Shown piece after piece: positions 29,848 to 40,800 of a DNA stretch of 64,000 nucleotides. The notes beneath the pieces are model-generated. The model had not been told where the DNA came from. It saw nothing but the letters and a program-made list of their open reading frames with translations, and did not search any database. Position 1 is the first letter of the stretch. Every line of letters begins with the position of its first letter. The DNA lies in contig JBJOKS010000002.1 in assembly GCA_046045965.1 (NCBI GenBank), positions 1 to 64,000 on the forward strand, read 5' to 3'. A program made the position numbers and the translations under genes. This stretch comes from Cyanobacteriota bacterium. Lineage in GTDB: Bacteria > Cyanobacteriota > Cyanobacteriia > Cyanobacteriales > Nostocaceae.

Positions 29848-32800
29848 ATGCAAACTCTATCAATACAAGGCTTTCAAATTTCAACTCAACAAAAACGCTT
29901 ATGGTTATTACAGCAAGAAACTAACCATCAGCCATATCGGGTGCAGTGTGCAGTTTTAGTAGAGGGCAATATTGAATATTCAATTTTAGAAAAGTCTATA
30001 TATGATGTTTGGGCTAAATATGAAATTTTACGTACTAGCTTTCCTACATTGACAGGAATGGCAGTTCCTTTGCAAGCAATTGGAGAGGAAGTATCTATCA
30101 AGTTTAACTATTATGATTGGCAGAATTTAGATACTGAACAACAAAACATCAACGTTGACAATTTATTGCAAGAGCATAATAAATTATATTTTGATTTACC
30201 AAAAGGTTTTACTAGCCAGATTGATGTCATTAAAAATTCTGGAAATCAATACTTTTTACTAATAGCAATATCAGCTATTTGTGCAGATAGAATATCTTTA
30301 CATCATCTTTTGCATGATATTAGTTTTATTTATGATGCTTATATACAGGAACAGGAACTGGAAGATACACCTTTACAATATGCGGATATTGCAGCTTGGC
30401 AAAATGAGTTATTAATGGGAGAAGAAGCGGAAGCAGCAAAAGATTATTGGCATACTCAAAAAGTATCTAATTCTCTGATAGGTAATTTACCCAATGAAGA
30501 TAGGTTTAATTCAAAATATTTGGAATTCCAGATCAACGAACCGCAGAGACACAGAGAACACAGAGATAGAAGTGGTATTAAGGATAAGCTAATATTTACG
30601 CCCAAAGTTATCAGTGTTGATTTTGACTCTGAGACTACAAATAATATTGCAGTTTTATCACAAAAATACTCTGTTGATATTTCAACGGTTTTAATGGCTT
30701 GCTGGCAAATTTTATTATGGCGTTTGACCAACAAATCTGAAGTTGTTTTAGCCTTGTCTTGTGATGGCAGAAATTACGAAGAATTACAGCCAGTAGTTGG
30801 TTTATTAGCAAAATATTTACCTGTTCGTATTCCAATAGAAGAAGATAATATACTTGCTGATATATTAAATGAGTTAGATAAGCAATTAACTGAACTGAAT
30901 CAATGGCAAGACTTTTTTAATTCAGCAGATTTTTTTGTTGAGACTAAAGATAGTCAGGAATCATCATTTTTACCTTTTGCTTTTGAATTTGTATCCCAGC
31001 CTAGTCAATATTTTGCTGGTGATATATCTTTCTCGATGCAAACAATATATAGCTGTATTGAACGCTTCAAGGTAAAACTATTCTGTTGGGATCAAGGTGA
31101 TTCACTTGCAGTAGAATTACACTATGATGCTAACTTATTTGAGCAAAAAAATATTGAAAGATTAGCAGCACAGTTTCAGACTTTGCTAACAAGTGTCATT
31201 AATAATCCAAAAACTAAACTAGCTCAATTAGAAATCCTATCTTCAGAAGAACGCTATCAAATATTAACGGAATTTAACAGTAATAAAAGTGTTATTCCTC
31301 CATACCAGTGCATTCACCATTGGATTGAAGCACAGGTAAATAAAACACCGGATAATATTGCAGTTGTTTTTGGTAATCAACATTTAACCTATCAAGAACT
31401 AAATACTAAAGCTAATAACTTAGCTCATCATTTAGCATCATTAGGGGTTCAACCGGAAACAGTTGTTGCTGTCTGTATTGAGCGTTCTTTAGATATGATA
31501 GTTAGTATTCTTGGCATTCTCAAAGCAGGTGCAGCCTATTTACCTATAGAACCTTTATTACCTGAACAAGCATTAGTTTTTAGATTGCAAGATGCTCAAG
31601 TATCTGTTTTGCTAACTCAAACAAACTTGCTACAAAAAATTAATAAATTACCTTTAGTTGCTGAAAATAATATCAAGGTATTATCTATTAATGAAGAAAT
31701 TAATGATTTAGGAATATCTAATTTTAAATCTCCTAATTCTGAGAATTTAGCTTATGTTATCTACACCTCTGGTTCTACAGGTAAACCTAAAGGTGTTGCT
31801 GTTGAACATCGGCAAATAGTCAACTATGTTAACGGTATTTTAGAAAAACTAAATTTACCAGATGCGGCAAATTTTGCTATTGTTTCTACCTTCGCAGCAG
31901 ACTTAGGAAATACTGCTATTTTCTCAGCATTATGTACAGGTGGATGTTTACATATTATTCCTGAAGATGTTGCTACTGATCCGGTGGCTTTTGCTGATTA
32001 TAATTACCGACATTCTATAGATTGTTTAAAAATTGTTCCTTCTCACTTATCTGCTTTATTATCAGGTTCACATCCCGAAAAACTTTTACCACGTCAGCGT
32101 CTTATTCTGGGTGGCGAAGCTGCTACCTGGGATTTGATTAAACGAGTACGTGAATTAGTACCAGAATGCCAAATTTTTAATCACTATGGACCCACAGAAA
32201 CTACCGTTGGTGTACTCACCTATCCGGTAGAAGAAGTTGCTAATGAACTGACATCAAATACTGTTCCTTTGGGTCGTCCTTTAGCTAATACCCAAATATA
32301 TTTACTTGATAGTTATTATCAACCTGTTCCCTTGGGTGTAATGGGAGAAATATACATTGGTGGTGATAATGTGGCGAGAGGTTATATTAATCATCCAGAA
32401 TTAACTAATGAGCGATTTATTCCCCATCCATTCAGTAGTAAACCCAATGCAAGACTGTATAAAACTGGGGATTTAGGACGCTATCAACCTGATGGTAATT
32501 TAGAGTTTTTAGGTCGAATTGATGACCAAGTAAAATTGCATGGTTATCGCATTGAGTTAGGAGAAATTGAAGCTGTAATTCGCCAACATCCACAAGTTAC
32601 AGAAGCAGTTATAGTGTTTAAAAATAATGATTCAATTAACAAGCAAATTATAGCTTATATTGTTTCTAAAGTACCTATAAAATCTGATGAATTGCGTGAT
32701 TTTATTCAGCAAAAACTGCCTGAATATATGTTGCCTTCTCAGTTTGTTTTCTTGAAGGCTTTACCACTAACAGCGAATGGTAAAATTGACAAGAATGCTT

Positions 32801-34518
32801 TACCAACAAAGAATGTTATTAAACCAGAATTACAAGTTGCTTTTGTTGCACCACGTACACCAGAAGAAATTGCTTTGGCTAAAATTTGGGCTGAACTTCT
32901 TAATTTAGAGCAAGTTAGTATTCATGATAGTTTCTTTGAATTGGGGGGAGATTCGATTATTAGTATCCAGGCGATCGCCAAAGCTAACCAAGTCGGTTTA
33001 AGACTCACTCCCAAGCAAATTTTTGAACACCAAACTATTGCTAAATTAGCCTTAGTTGCAGATACTAGCACCAAGACAGAATCAGAACAAGGATTAGTAA
33101 TTGGTTCTGTACCTCTGACACCAATTCAACATAGTTTTTTTGCCGAAAATTTACCAGAAGCACATCATTGGAATCAATCATTTTTGCTGGAATTACAGCA
33201 AGATATTAAGCTGAATATTTTACAGCAAGCAATACAGTATTTACTGTCACACCATGACGCACTGCGCTTATGTTTTCGACCAACAGCTAATGGTTGGGAG
33301 TGTTTTAATACGGGTATGATATCAGAAATATCATTGACAAAATTTGATTTTTCCCAATTATCACCACAAGAACAAAAAGCAGCTATTGAAGACAAAGCCA
33401 CAGAATTACAGACAACTTTGGATTTATCAAATAGTAAATTAATGCAAGTAGCGTTATTTGATTTAGGTTCTCAAGAAAATAACCGCTTGCTGATCATCAT
33501 TCATCATCTAGCTGTTGATGGTGTATCCTGGCGAATTTTGTTGTCAGATTTGCAAACAGCTATAGAACAAATTCAGCAAAATCAAGAAATTAAATTGCCA
33601 GCAAAAACTACTTCTTTTAAACAATGGAGTGAACGTTTACAAGAATATGCAAACACAAAGACACTACACTCACAATTAGATTTCTGGTGTTCTGATTTAA
33701 GAAAACAAGCTTCTCCTTTACCAGTAGATTATACAGGGGGATTAAATACTGTATCTACAAGTAAAACTCTGTCTGTATTTCTTAATCAAACTGAAACACA
33801 AGCACTGCTGCAAGAAGTACCAGCCAAATACCATACACAAATAAACGATGTTTTTTTAACAGCACTAGCAAAAACTTTTGCAGAGTGGACAGGAGAAAAA
33901 ACACTGTTAATCAACTTAGAGGGACATGGACGAGAAGACATATTTAGTGATGTTGATTTATTTCGTACAGTCGGTTGGTTTACTACTATATTTCCCGTCC
34001 TGTTGAATTTAGAAAATAGTGCCACAGTTGGGGATGCTTTAAAAGCAATTAAAGAACAGCTACGTAGTATCCCAAATCGGGGTTTTGATTATGGTGTATT
34101 GCGTTATTTATGCAGCACTACTCAACATTTAGCTGCTATGCCTCAAGCAGAAATATGTTTCAACTATTTAGGACAATTTGACCAAGTATTACAAGAATCG
34201 GCTTTATTCAAATTAGCATCAGAATCAAGTGGTTTAGAGCGTAGCCTTGTAGGAAATCGCCGCCATTTATTTGATATTAATGGATTTGTGACAGGAAACT
34301 GTCTAAAATTCCATTGGACTTATAGCACAGCAATACATAAAGAAGAAACTGTATTAAGTCTTGCTCAAAATTTTGTCCAAGCACTACAAGAAATTATTAG
34401 CCATTGTCAATCGGCTGATGCAGGGGGTTACACCCCTTCTGATTTTTCTAAAGCAAAGGTAAGTCAAAAAGACCTTGACTTTTTACTAGCAAAAATTAAC
34501 CAAGGGAGTGAGAAATAA
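29848..34518 (+). CDS. NRPS Interface(C-like)-A(Asp)-T-E
   Basis: C-like domain with SAICADR in place of HHxxxDG; A code read as DLTKIGHVGK (Asp); PCP LGGDSI; E HHLAVDGVSW, EGHGRE, RTVGWFT; TPSDF COM tail. Confidence 0.92.
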   Translation: MQTLSIQGFQISTQQKRLWLLQQETNHQPYRVQCAVLVEGNIEYSILEKSIYDVWAKYEILRTSFPTLTGMAVPLQAIGEEVSIKFNYYDWQNLDTEQQNINVDNLLQEHNKLYFDLPKGFTSQIDVIKNSGNQYFLLIAISAICADRISLHHLLHDISFIYDAYIQEQELEDTPLQYADIAAWQNELLMGEEAEAAKDYWHTQKVSNSLIGNLPNEDRFNSKYLEFQINEPQRHREHRDRSGIKDKLIFTPKVISVDFDSETTNNIAVLSQKYSVDISTVLMACWQILLWRLTNKSEVVLALSCDGRNYEELQPVVGLLAKYLPVRIPIEEDNILADILNELDKQLTELNQWQDFFNSADFFVETKDSQESSFLPFAFEFVSQPSQYFAGDISFSMQTIYSCIERFKVKLFCWDQGDSLAVELHYDANLFEQKNIERLAAQFQTLLTSVINNPKTKLAQLEILSSEERYQILTEFNSNKSVIPPYQCIHHWIEAQVNKTPDNIAVVFGNQHLTYQELNTKANNLAHHLASLGVQPETVVAVCIERSLDMIVSILGILKAGAAYLPIEPLLPEQALVFRLQDAQVSVLLTQTNLLQKINKLPLVAENNIKVLSINEEINDLGISNFKSPNSENLAYVIYTSGSTGKPKGVAVEHRQIVNYVNGILEKLNLPDAANFAIVSTFAADLGNTAIFSALCTGGCLHIIPEDVATDPVAFADYNYRHSIDCLKIVPSHLSALLSGSHPEKLLPRQRLILGGEAATWDLIKRVRELVPECQIFNHYGPTETTVGVLTYPVEEVANELTSNTVPLGRPLANTQIYLLDSYYQPVPLGVMGEIYIGGDNVARGYINHPELTNERFIPHPFSSKPNARLYKTGDLGRYQPDGNLEFLGRIDDQVKLHGYRIELGEIEAVIRQHPQVTEAVIVFKNNDSINKQIIAYIVSKVPIKSDELRDFIQQKLPEYMLPSQFVFLKALPLTANGKIDKNALPTKNVIKPELQVAFVAPRTPEEIALAKIWAELLNLEQVSIHDSFFELGGDSIISIQAIAKANQVGLRLTPKQIFEHQTIAKLALVADTSTKTESEQGLVIGSVPLTPIQHSFFAENLPEAHHWNQSFLLELQQDIKLNILQQAIQYLLSHHDALRLCFRPTANGWECFNTGMISEISLTKFDFSQLSPQEQKAAIEDKATELQTTLDLSNSKLMQVALFDLGSQENNRLLIIIHHLAVDGVSWRILLSDLQTAIEQIQQNQEIKLPAKTTSFKQWSERLQEYANTKTLHSQLDFWCSDLRKQASPLPVDYTGGLNTVSTSKTLSVFLNQTETQALLQEVPAKYHTQINDVFLTALAKTFAEWTGEKTLLINLEGHGREDIFSDVDLFRTVGWFTTIFPVLLNLENSATVGDALKAIKEQLRSIPNRGFDYGVLRYLCSTTQHLAAMPQAEICFNYLGQFDQVLQESALFKLASESSGLERSLVGNRRHLFDINGFVTGNCLKFHWTYSTAIHKEETVLSLAQNFVQALQEIISHCQSADAGGYTPSDFSKAKVSQKDLDFLLAKINQGSEK
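30539..30566 (+). repeat. Small dispersed repeat (AACCGCAGAGACACAGAGAACACAGAGA) in frame inside the Interface domain
   Basis: CAGAGA periodicity; encodes the atypical peptide EPQRHREHRD. Confidence 0.65.
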
Positions 34519-34523
34519 ACAAT

Positions 34524-37500
34524 ATGAAAGCTGACAACATTCAAGATATTTATGAACTTTCTCCACTACAACAGGGCATTCTCTTTCATAGTTTATATGC
34601 TCCAGAATCGGCTGTTTATTTTGTCCAGTTATGTTACTCACTCAAGGGCAATTTTAATGTTGTTGCTTTTGCACAAGCTTGGCAAGAAGTAGTCAACCGC
34701 CACACTGTTTTACGTACAGATTTTTATTGGGAAAATATAGAAAAACCTTTACAAATTGTGCATCGAGAAGTCAAAATCTCACTAATACAGCATGATTGGC
34801 GAGATATCAACCCAAATGAACAATCGCAGAAATTAGAGGAATTTTTGCAGCAAGATAGAGCATCCAATTTTGACCTGACACAACCATGTTTAATGCGGCT
34901 TCAGTTAATTCGCTGTACTAGTGATTCTTACTACTTTATTTGGAGTAAACACCATCTCATCTTAGATGGTTGGTCAACTGCTTTAGTATTAAAAGAAGTA
35001 GTAGAAACTTACCAATCACTTTGTCAAGGTGAAAATTTACCTTTAGTATTAGGTAGTTCCTTTGGCGATTATATTGGTTGGTTACAACAGCAAGATTTCA
35101 ACCAAGCTAAAACCTTTTGGCAACAGTCATTAAAGGGAGTGACAGCACCCACACCTTTGATTAATTTAAATGTTGGAAATTCATCAAACCAACATGAAAA
35201 ATATGATCAGCAAGTAATTAAACTTTCACAAACAACCACATCAGAATTACAAACTTTAGCTAGGAAAAATCAACTGACACTAAATACTTTAGTGCAAGGT
35301 GCATGGTCTTTACTTCTCAGCCGTTATAGTAGAGAAACAGATGTAATTTATGGTGTAACAGTCTCCGGTCGTCCAGCAGATTTTGTCAAAGCTGATTCTG
35401 TGGTGGGGATGTTTATTAATACCTTACCTGTGCGAGTGAAAGTTGATGCTCAAGAATCTTTAATATCTTGGTTGAAAAGATTACAAACACAACTAACAGA
35501 AATCAGACAATATGAATATAGCCCACTGGTAGAGGTACAAGGTTGCAGTGAATTACCGCGAGGTTTACCTTTATTTGAAAGCATATTAGTATTTGAGAAT
35601 TATCCCATTGATACTGTGTTAAAAAATGGGATTCAAAATTTAGAAATTCAGTCTATTAGTTCTGTTGATAATACTAACTATCCGCTAACTGTTAGTGTGA
35701 TTCCTGGTAATGAATTAGAAATTCATATAGATTATCAAAATAATCGTTTTGATTTTGCCACCATCAACCGAATGTTAGGACATTTTCAAACATTGTTACA
35801 AGGAATGGTGAATAATCCGCATATCCAACTAAAAGATTTACCACTGTTAACAGTTACAGAGAAACACAAGCTATTAGTAGATTGGAATAACCATAAAGTT
35901 GATTATCCTCAAAATCTGTGCATTCATCAGCTATTTGAACAAGTTGTAGCACAAACTCCTGATAGTGTAGCCGTAGAGTTTGTAGGAAAAAGCCTGACTT
36001 ATCAGCAATTAAATCAACAAGCGAATAAAGTAGCTCATTATTTACAGAAATTAGGAGTTATCCCCGACCAATTAATAGGTATTTGTGTAGAACGCTCATT
36101 AGAAATGGCGATCGCACTTTTAGGGATTTTAAAAGCTGGTGCTGCTTATGTACCACTAGATCCAGATCAACCACAACAACGCTTAGAGTTCATGTTGCAG
36201 GATGCGGGGTGTAGTGTCTTACTCACTCAAAAGCAACTGATTGAAAATATTTCCAACTATGCAGGAAAGGTAATATATCTAGATACAGAATGGGAATTAA
36301 TTGCTAACGAAAAAGAATCTAACCCAACCAGCAAAATACAACCAGAAAATTTAGCTTATCTAATTTACACCTCTGGTTCTACAGGTAAATCGAAAGGGGT
36401 AATGATTCAACATAACAACCTTATTAATGCCTACTATGCTTGGGAAAAAGCTTATCAACTGCGTTATCAAGTTCGTTGTCATTTGCAAATGGCCAGCTTT
36501 TCTTTTGATGTTTTTTCTGGTGATTTTATTCGGGCTTTGTGTTCTGGTGGTAAGTTAGTGCTGTGTCCACGGGAAATACTTCTAGAACCTCAACAACTAT
36601 ATGAATTGATGCGTCAACAAAAAATTGACTGCGCGGAATTTGTACCAGTAGTGTTAAGAAACCTTGTACATTACCTGGAGAAAAGCCAACAAAAACTCGA
36701 TTTTATGCGGTTGGTTATCTGTGGTTCTGATAGTTGGTATGGAGCAGAATATAGTAAATTCAGTAATTTTCTTAGTGAAGAAGCACGGTTAATTAACTCC
36801 TTTGGTGTGACTGAAGCTACCATTGATAGTTCATATTTTGAAAACACTAATGGAGAGTTAGCGTCTGAACAGTTAGTACCAATTGGTAGACCTTATGCTA
36901 ACAGCAAACTTTATATATTAGATGACAATTTACAACTAGTACCTATAGGGGTGATGGGTGAACTTTACATTGGTGGTGATGGTTTAGCCAGAGGCTATCA
37001 TAACCGTCCAGATTTAACAAATGAAAAGTTTATTCCCAATATTTTTAGTACAGAAACAAAAGCACGGCTATATAAAACTGGTGACTTAGTTCGCTATCTG
37101 AACGATGGGAATATTGAGTTTTTAGGTCGCATTGACAACCAAGTAAAAATTCGCGGTTTTCGGATTGAACTGGGAGAAATTGAAGCAATACTCAGTCAAC
37201 ATTCAGAAGTAAAAGAAACTGTGGTTGTTATTAGGGAAGATAACCCAGGTGATAAAAGATTAGTAACTTATATTGTTGCTAATGGCATTCTGCAAACTTC
37301 GGAAATTCGCAACTTTTTAAAAGATAAGCTGCCAGATTATATGATACCTTCAGCGTTTGTGCAGCTTGACACCCTACCACTTACACCAAATGGTAAAATT
37401 GACCGTCGAGCCTTACCAGCACCAGATAAAAGCAACTTAGAACTAGAAAATTCCTTTGTCGCACCTCGTACCGCAGTTGAGGAAATTTTAGCCGGAATTT

Positions 37501-37808
37501 GGGCAAAAATACTTCACATTGAGCGAGTAGGTATTCATGATAGTTTCTTTGAACTTGGTGGACATTCTTTATTAGCAACTCAAGTTATTTCTCGCATTCG
37601 TGAAACCTTCCGCATGGAATTACCTTTACGTTGTTTATTTGAGTCACCAACAGTAGAGAAATTAGCACAAAAAATTATTGCCCAAGAAGCCAAACCAGGA
37701 ATCACAGAAAAAATGGCTCAAATCCTCAAACAGCTTGAGGGTATGTCAGATGAAGAAGCAAAACAAGCATTACAAAACCGCAAAGCAGTAAAAGAGGTGA
37801 AAGCATAA
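34524..37808 (+). CDS. NRPS C(DCL)-A(Orn-like)-T
   Basis: IYELSPLQQG and WSKHHLILDGWS (DCL type); A code read as DVGEIGSIDK (Orn type); PCP LGGHSL. Confidence 0.9.
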   Translation: MKADNIQDIYELSPLQQGILFHSLYAPESAVYFVQLCYSLKGNFNVVAFAQAWQEVVNRHTVLRTDFYWENIEKPLQIVHREVKISLIQHDWRDINPNEQSQKLEEFLQQDRASNFDLTQPCLMRLQLIRCTSDSYYFIWSKHHLILDGWSTALVLKEVVETYQSLCQGENLPLVLGSSFGDYIGWLQQQDFNQAKTFWQQSLKGVTAPTPLINLNVGNSSNQHEKYDQQVIKLSQTTTSELQTLARKNQLTLNTLVQGAWSLLLSRYSRETDVIYGVTVSGRPADFVKADSVVGMFINTLPVRVKVDAQESLISWLKRLQTQLTEIRQYEYSPLVEVQGCSELPRGLPLFESILVFENYPIDTVLKNGIQNLEIQSISSVDNTNYPLTVSVIPGNELEIHIDYQNNRFDFATINRMLGHFQTLLQGMVNNPHIQLKDLPLLTVTEKHKLLVDWNNHKVDYPQNLCIHQLFEQVVAQTPDSVAVEFVGKSLTYQQLNQQANKVAHYLQKLGVIPDQLIGICVERSLEMAIALLGILKAGAAYVPLDPDQPQQRLEFMLQDAGCSVLLTQKQLIENISNYAGKVIYLDTEWELIANEKESNPTSKIQPENLAYLIYTSGSTGKSKGVMIQHNNLINAYYAWEKAYQLRYQVRCHLQMASFSFDVFSGDFIRALCSGGKLVLCPREILLEPQQLYELMRQQKIDCAEFVPVVLRNLVHYLEKSQQKLDFMRLVICGSDSWYGAEYSKFSNFLSEEARLINSFGVTEATIDSSYFENTNGELASEQLVPIGRPYANSKLYILDDNLQLVPIGVMGELYIGGDGLARGYHNRPDLTNEKFIPNIFSTETKARLYKTGDLVRYLNDGNIEFLGRIDNQVKIRGFRIELGEIEAILSQHSEVKETVVVIREDNPGDKRLVTYIVANGILQTSEIRNFLKDKLPDYMIPSAFVQLDTLPLTPNGKIDRRALPAPDKSNLELENSFVAPRTAVEEILAGIWAKILHIERVGIHDSFFELGGHSLLATQVISRIRETFRMELPLRCLFESPTVEKLAQKIIAQEAKPGITEKMAQILKQLEGMSDEEAKQALQNRKAVKEVKA

Positions 37809-40800
37809 TGGATTTATCTGCTGAAAAACGGGATCTTTTGGCGTTATTACTGGAAGAAGAAGATATTGAATATACACCAGTTCAAACAATTTCGCCCAGA
37901 AAAAACACTGACAAATTAGAGCTTTCTTTTGCTCAGAAACGTTTGTGGATTTTAAATCAATTAGAGCCTGGTAATCCCTTTTATAATATTCCTGCTGCCC
38001 TCAAACTAACAGGTAAGCTAGATGTAGACGCTTTGGAATTGAGTTTTAATGAAATTATCCAGCGTCATGAGGTTTTACGTACTAAATTTAACGTTGTAGA
38101 TGGACAACCTATTTTAGAAATAGTCCCTCAGCAAACCATAATTTTACCAATAGTAGATTTAAGAGAAATTGCCTTAACAGAACGTGAAGCAAAGGTACAA
38201 AATTTAGCTGATACTGAATTTAGAAAACCTTTTAATCTTGCATCTGAACCACTTTTACGTAGTACTTTGTTGAAATTAGATAAAGCTGAATATATTTTAC
38301 TGTTGACAATGCACCATATTGTTAGTGATGGTTGGTCAACGGATATATTAGTGCGGGAAGTAGCAGCACTTTATGAATGTTTCACTCAAGGTAAACCTTC
38401 CCCGTTACCACAATTAACTATTCAATATACAGATTATGCTATTTGGCAACGGAAATGGTTACAGGGTGAAGTTTTAGAAACTCAACTCAATTACTGGAAG
38501 CAAAAACTGGCAGGTAATTTACCAATTTTAGAATTACCTACAGATAGACCACGCCCAAAGATTAAAACTTACCAAGGAGCAAAACAATATTTTCAACTAT
38601 CTCCCGAACTTTCTCAGGCTTTAAAAACCTTGAGCCAAAAGCAGGATTGTACTTTATTTATGACCCTGCTGGCAGCTTTCAAGGTGCTACTATATCGCTA
38701 CACAGGTCTGGAAGATATTATAATTGGTTCACCTATTGCTAATCGTAATCGGGCAGAAATTGAAAGCTTAATTGGCTTTTTTGTAAATACTTTGGTCTTG
38801 CGGACTGATTTATCAGAACATCCTACTTTTGTAGATTTACTCAATAGAGTCAGGGAAACCACTTTATCAGCCTATGCTCATCAAGATTTACCTTTTGATG
38901 TATTAGTAGAAGAATTACAACCACAAAGAAACTTGAGCCATACCCCCTTGTTTCAAGTAATGTTTGTTTTGCAAAATGCCCCAATTTCAGCAGTAGAGTT
39001 ATCAGGTTTAACTGTAGAACCTTTAACAAGTGAAGGTGGAAATGCTAAGTTTGATTTAACTCTGTTAGCAGAAGAAACTGATTCAGGAATTAGGGTAGGT
39101 TGGGAATACAACACCAATTTATTTAATGCTGAAACTATCACCCGCATAGGGAATAATTTTCAAACCTTGCTTGAAGGTATTGTTGCCAACCCCCAGCATA
39201 AAATTACAGAACTGCCTTTATTAACGCCAAAAGAACAACATCAATTATTAATAGATTGGAATAACAACCAATTAGAATATGATTTAGATAAATGTATTCA
39301 TCAACTATTTGCAGAGCAGGTAGAACGGACACCTGATGCTGTAGCAGTAGTATTTGAAAATCAACAATTAACTTATCGGGAATTGAATCATCAAGCAAAT
39401 CAATTGGCTTGCTATTTACAAAAAATAGGTGTTAAACCTGATATATTGGTAGGAATTTGTGTAGAGCGTTCCTTAGAAATGGTGGTAGGATTACTAGGGA
39501 TTCTCAAAGCTGGTGGTGCGTATCTCCCACTTGATCCTAATTATCCCCAAGAACGCTTAGAATTTATGGTCAAAGATGCCGATATATCGGTATTATTGAC
39601 TCAGAAAAAATTAGTTAATTTGCTTCCTCAACACCAAACAGAGATTGTTTGTTTAGATTCTTATGAAGTGATAAATTCTGATCCTCTCTGCGTCTTAGCA
39701 TCTCTGAGTGAAGTACATCCTGATAACTTAGCATATCTAATTTACACATCAGGTTCAACCGGAAAACCCAAAGGGGTGATGATTTCCCACCGCGCTCTTT
39801 GTAACCATACTTTATGGATGCAGTCAGAATTTCCCGTAACTGAATCAGACAAAGTTATGCAAAAAACGCCTTTTAGTTTTGATGCTTCTGTTTGGGAATT
39901 TTACGCACCATTAGTAACAGGTGGTAAGTTAATTTTAGCTAAACCAGATGGGCATAAAGATACAACTTATCTTGTAGATTTAATTGCTAAAGAAAACATT
40001 ACTATTTTGCAATTAGTTCCCTCTCTATTGCGAGTGCTGTTAGAGGAGAAAAATCTCAAAAATTGTCAAAGCTTGCGACGGGTATTTTGTGGGGGTGAAG
40101 TATTAAGCGTTGATTTACAAAATAAATTATTTCAGATTTTACCTGATGTAGAACTGTGTAATTTATATGGACCAACTGAAGGAACCATAGATACAACATA
40201 TTATAAATGTAAATACGAAGATAAACTTTCAATTGTGCCGATTGGGAGAGCGATCACTAATACCCAAGTATACCTTTTAGATAGACATCTTCAACCTGTT
40301 CCCATTGGTGTACCCGGTGAAATTTACATCGGTGGTGCAGGTTTAGCAAAGGGTTATCTTAATCGTCCAGATTTAACAGCAGAAAAATTTATATCTAATC
40401 CCTTTCTTACTGGAACAAAGCTATATAAAACAGGTGATTTAGCTCGTTATCTTGCAGATGGAAATATAGAGTTTATTGAGCGCATTGATGGTCAAGTTAA
40501 ACTACGGGGTTTTCGGATTGAACTGGGAGAAATAGAAACACAATTAAACCAGCACTTGCAAGTTAAACAAACTGTGGTTTTAGTTAGGGAAGATATACCA
40601 GGAGAAAAACGCTTAGTAGCTTATATTGTACCTAATCAAAAACACTCACCTACAGTTAGTGAACTGCGTAATTTCTTAAAGCAGAATTTACCTGACTATA
40701 TGATACCAACAGTGTTTATCTTGTTAGATAATCTGCCATTTTTACCCAATGGTAAAATAGACCGGAAAGCACTACCAGCACCAGATAACGCTAGACCTGA

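Noticed and set aside
29848..31250. Degenerate C domain as evidence that the cluster is decaying
   Set aside because: Loss of HHxxxDG is expected for an Interface domain, and an intact C is supplied by the upstream NRPS
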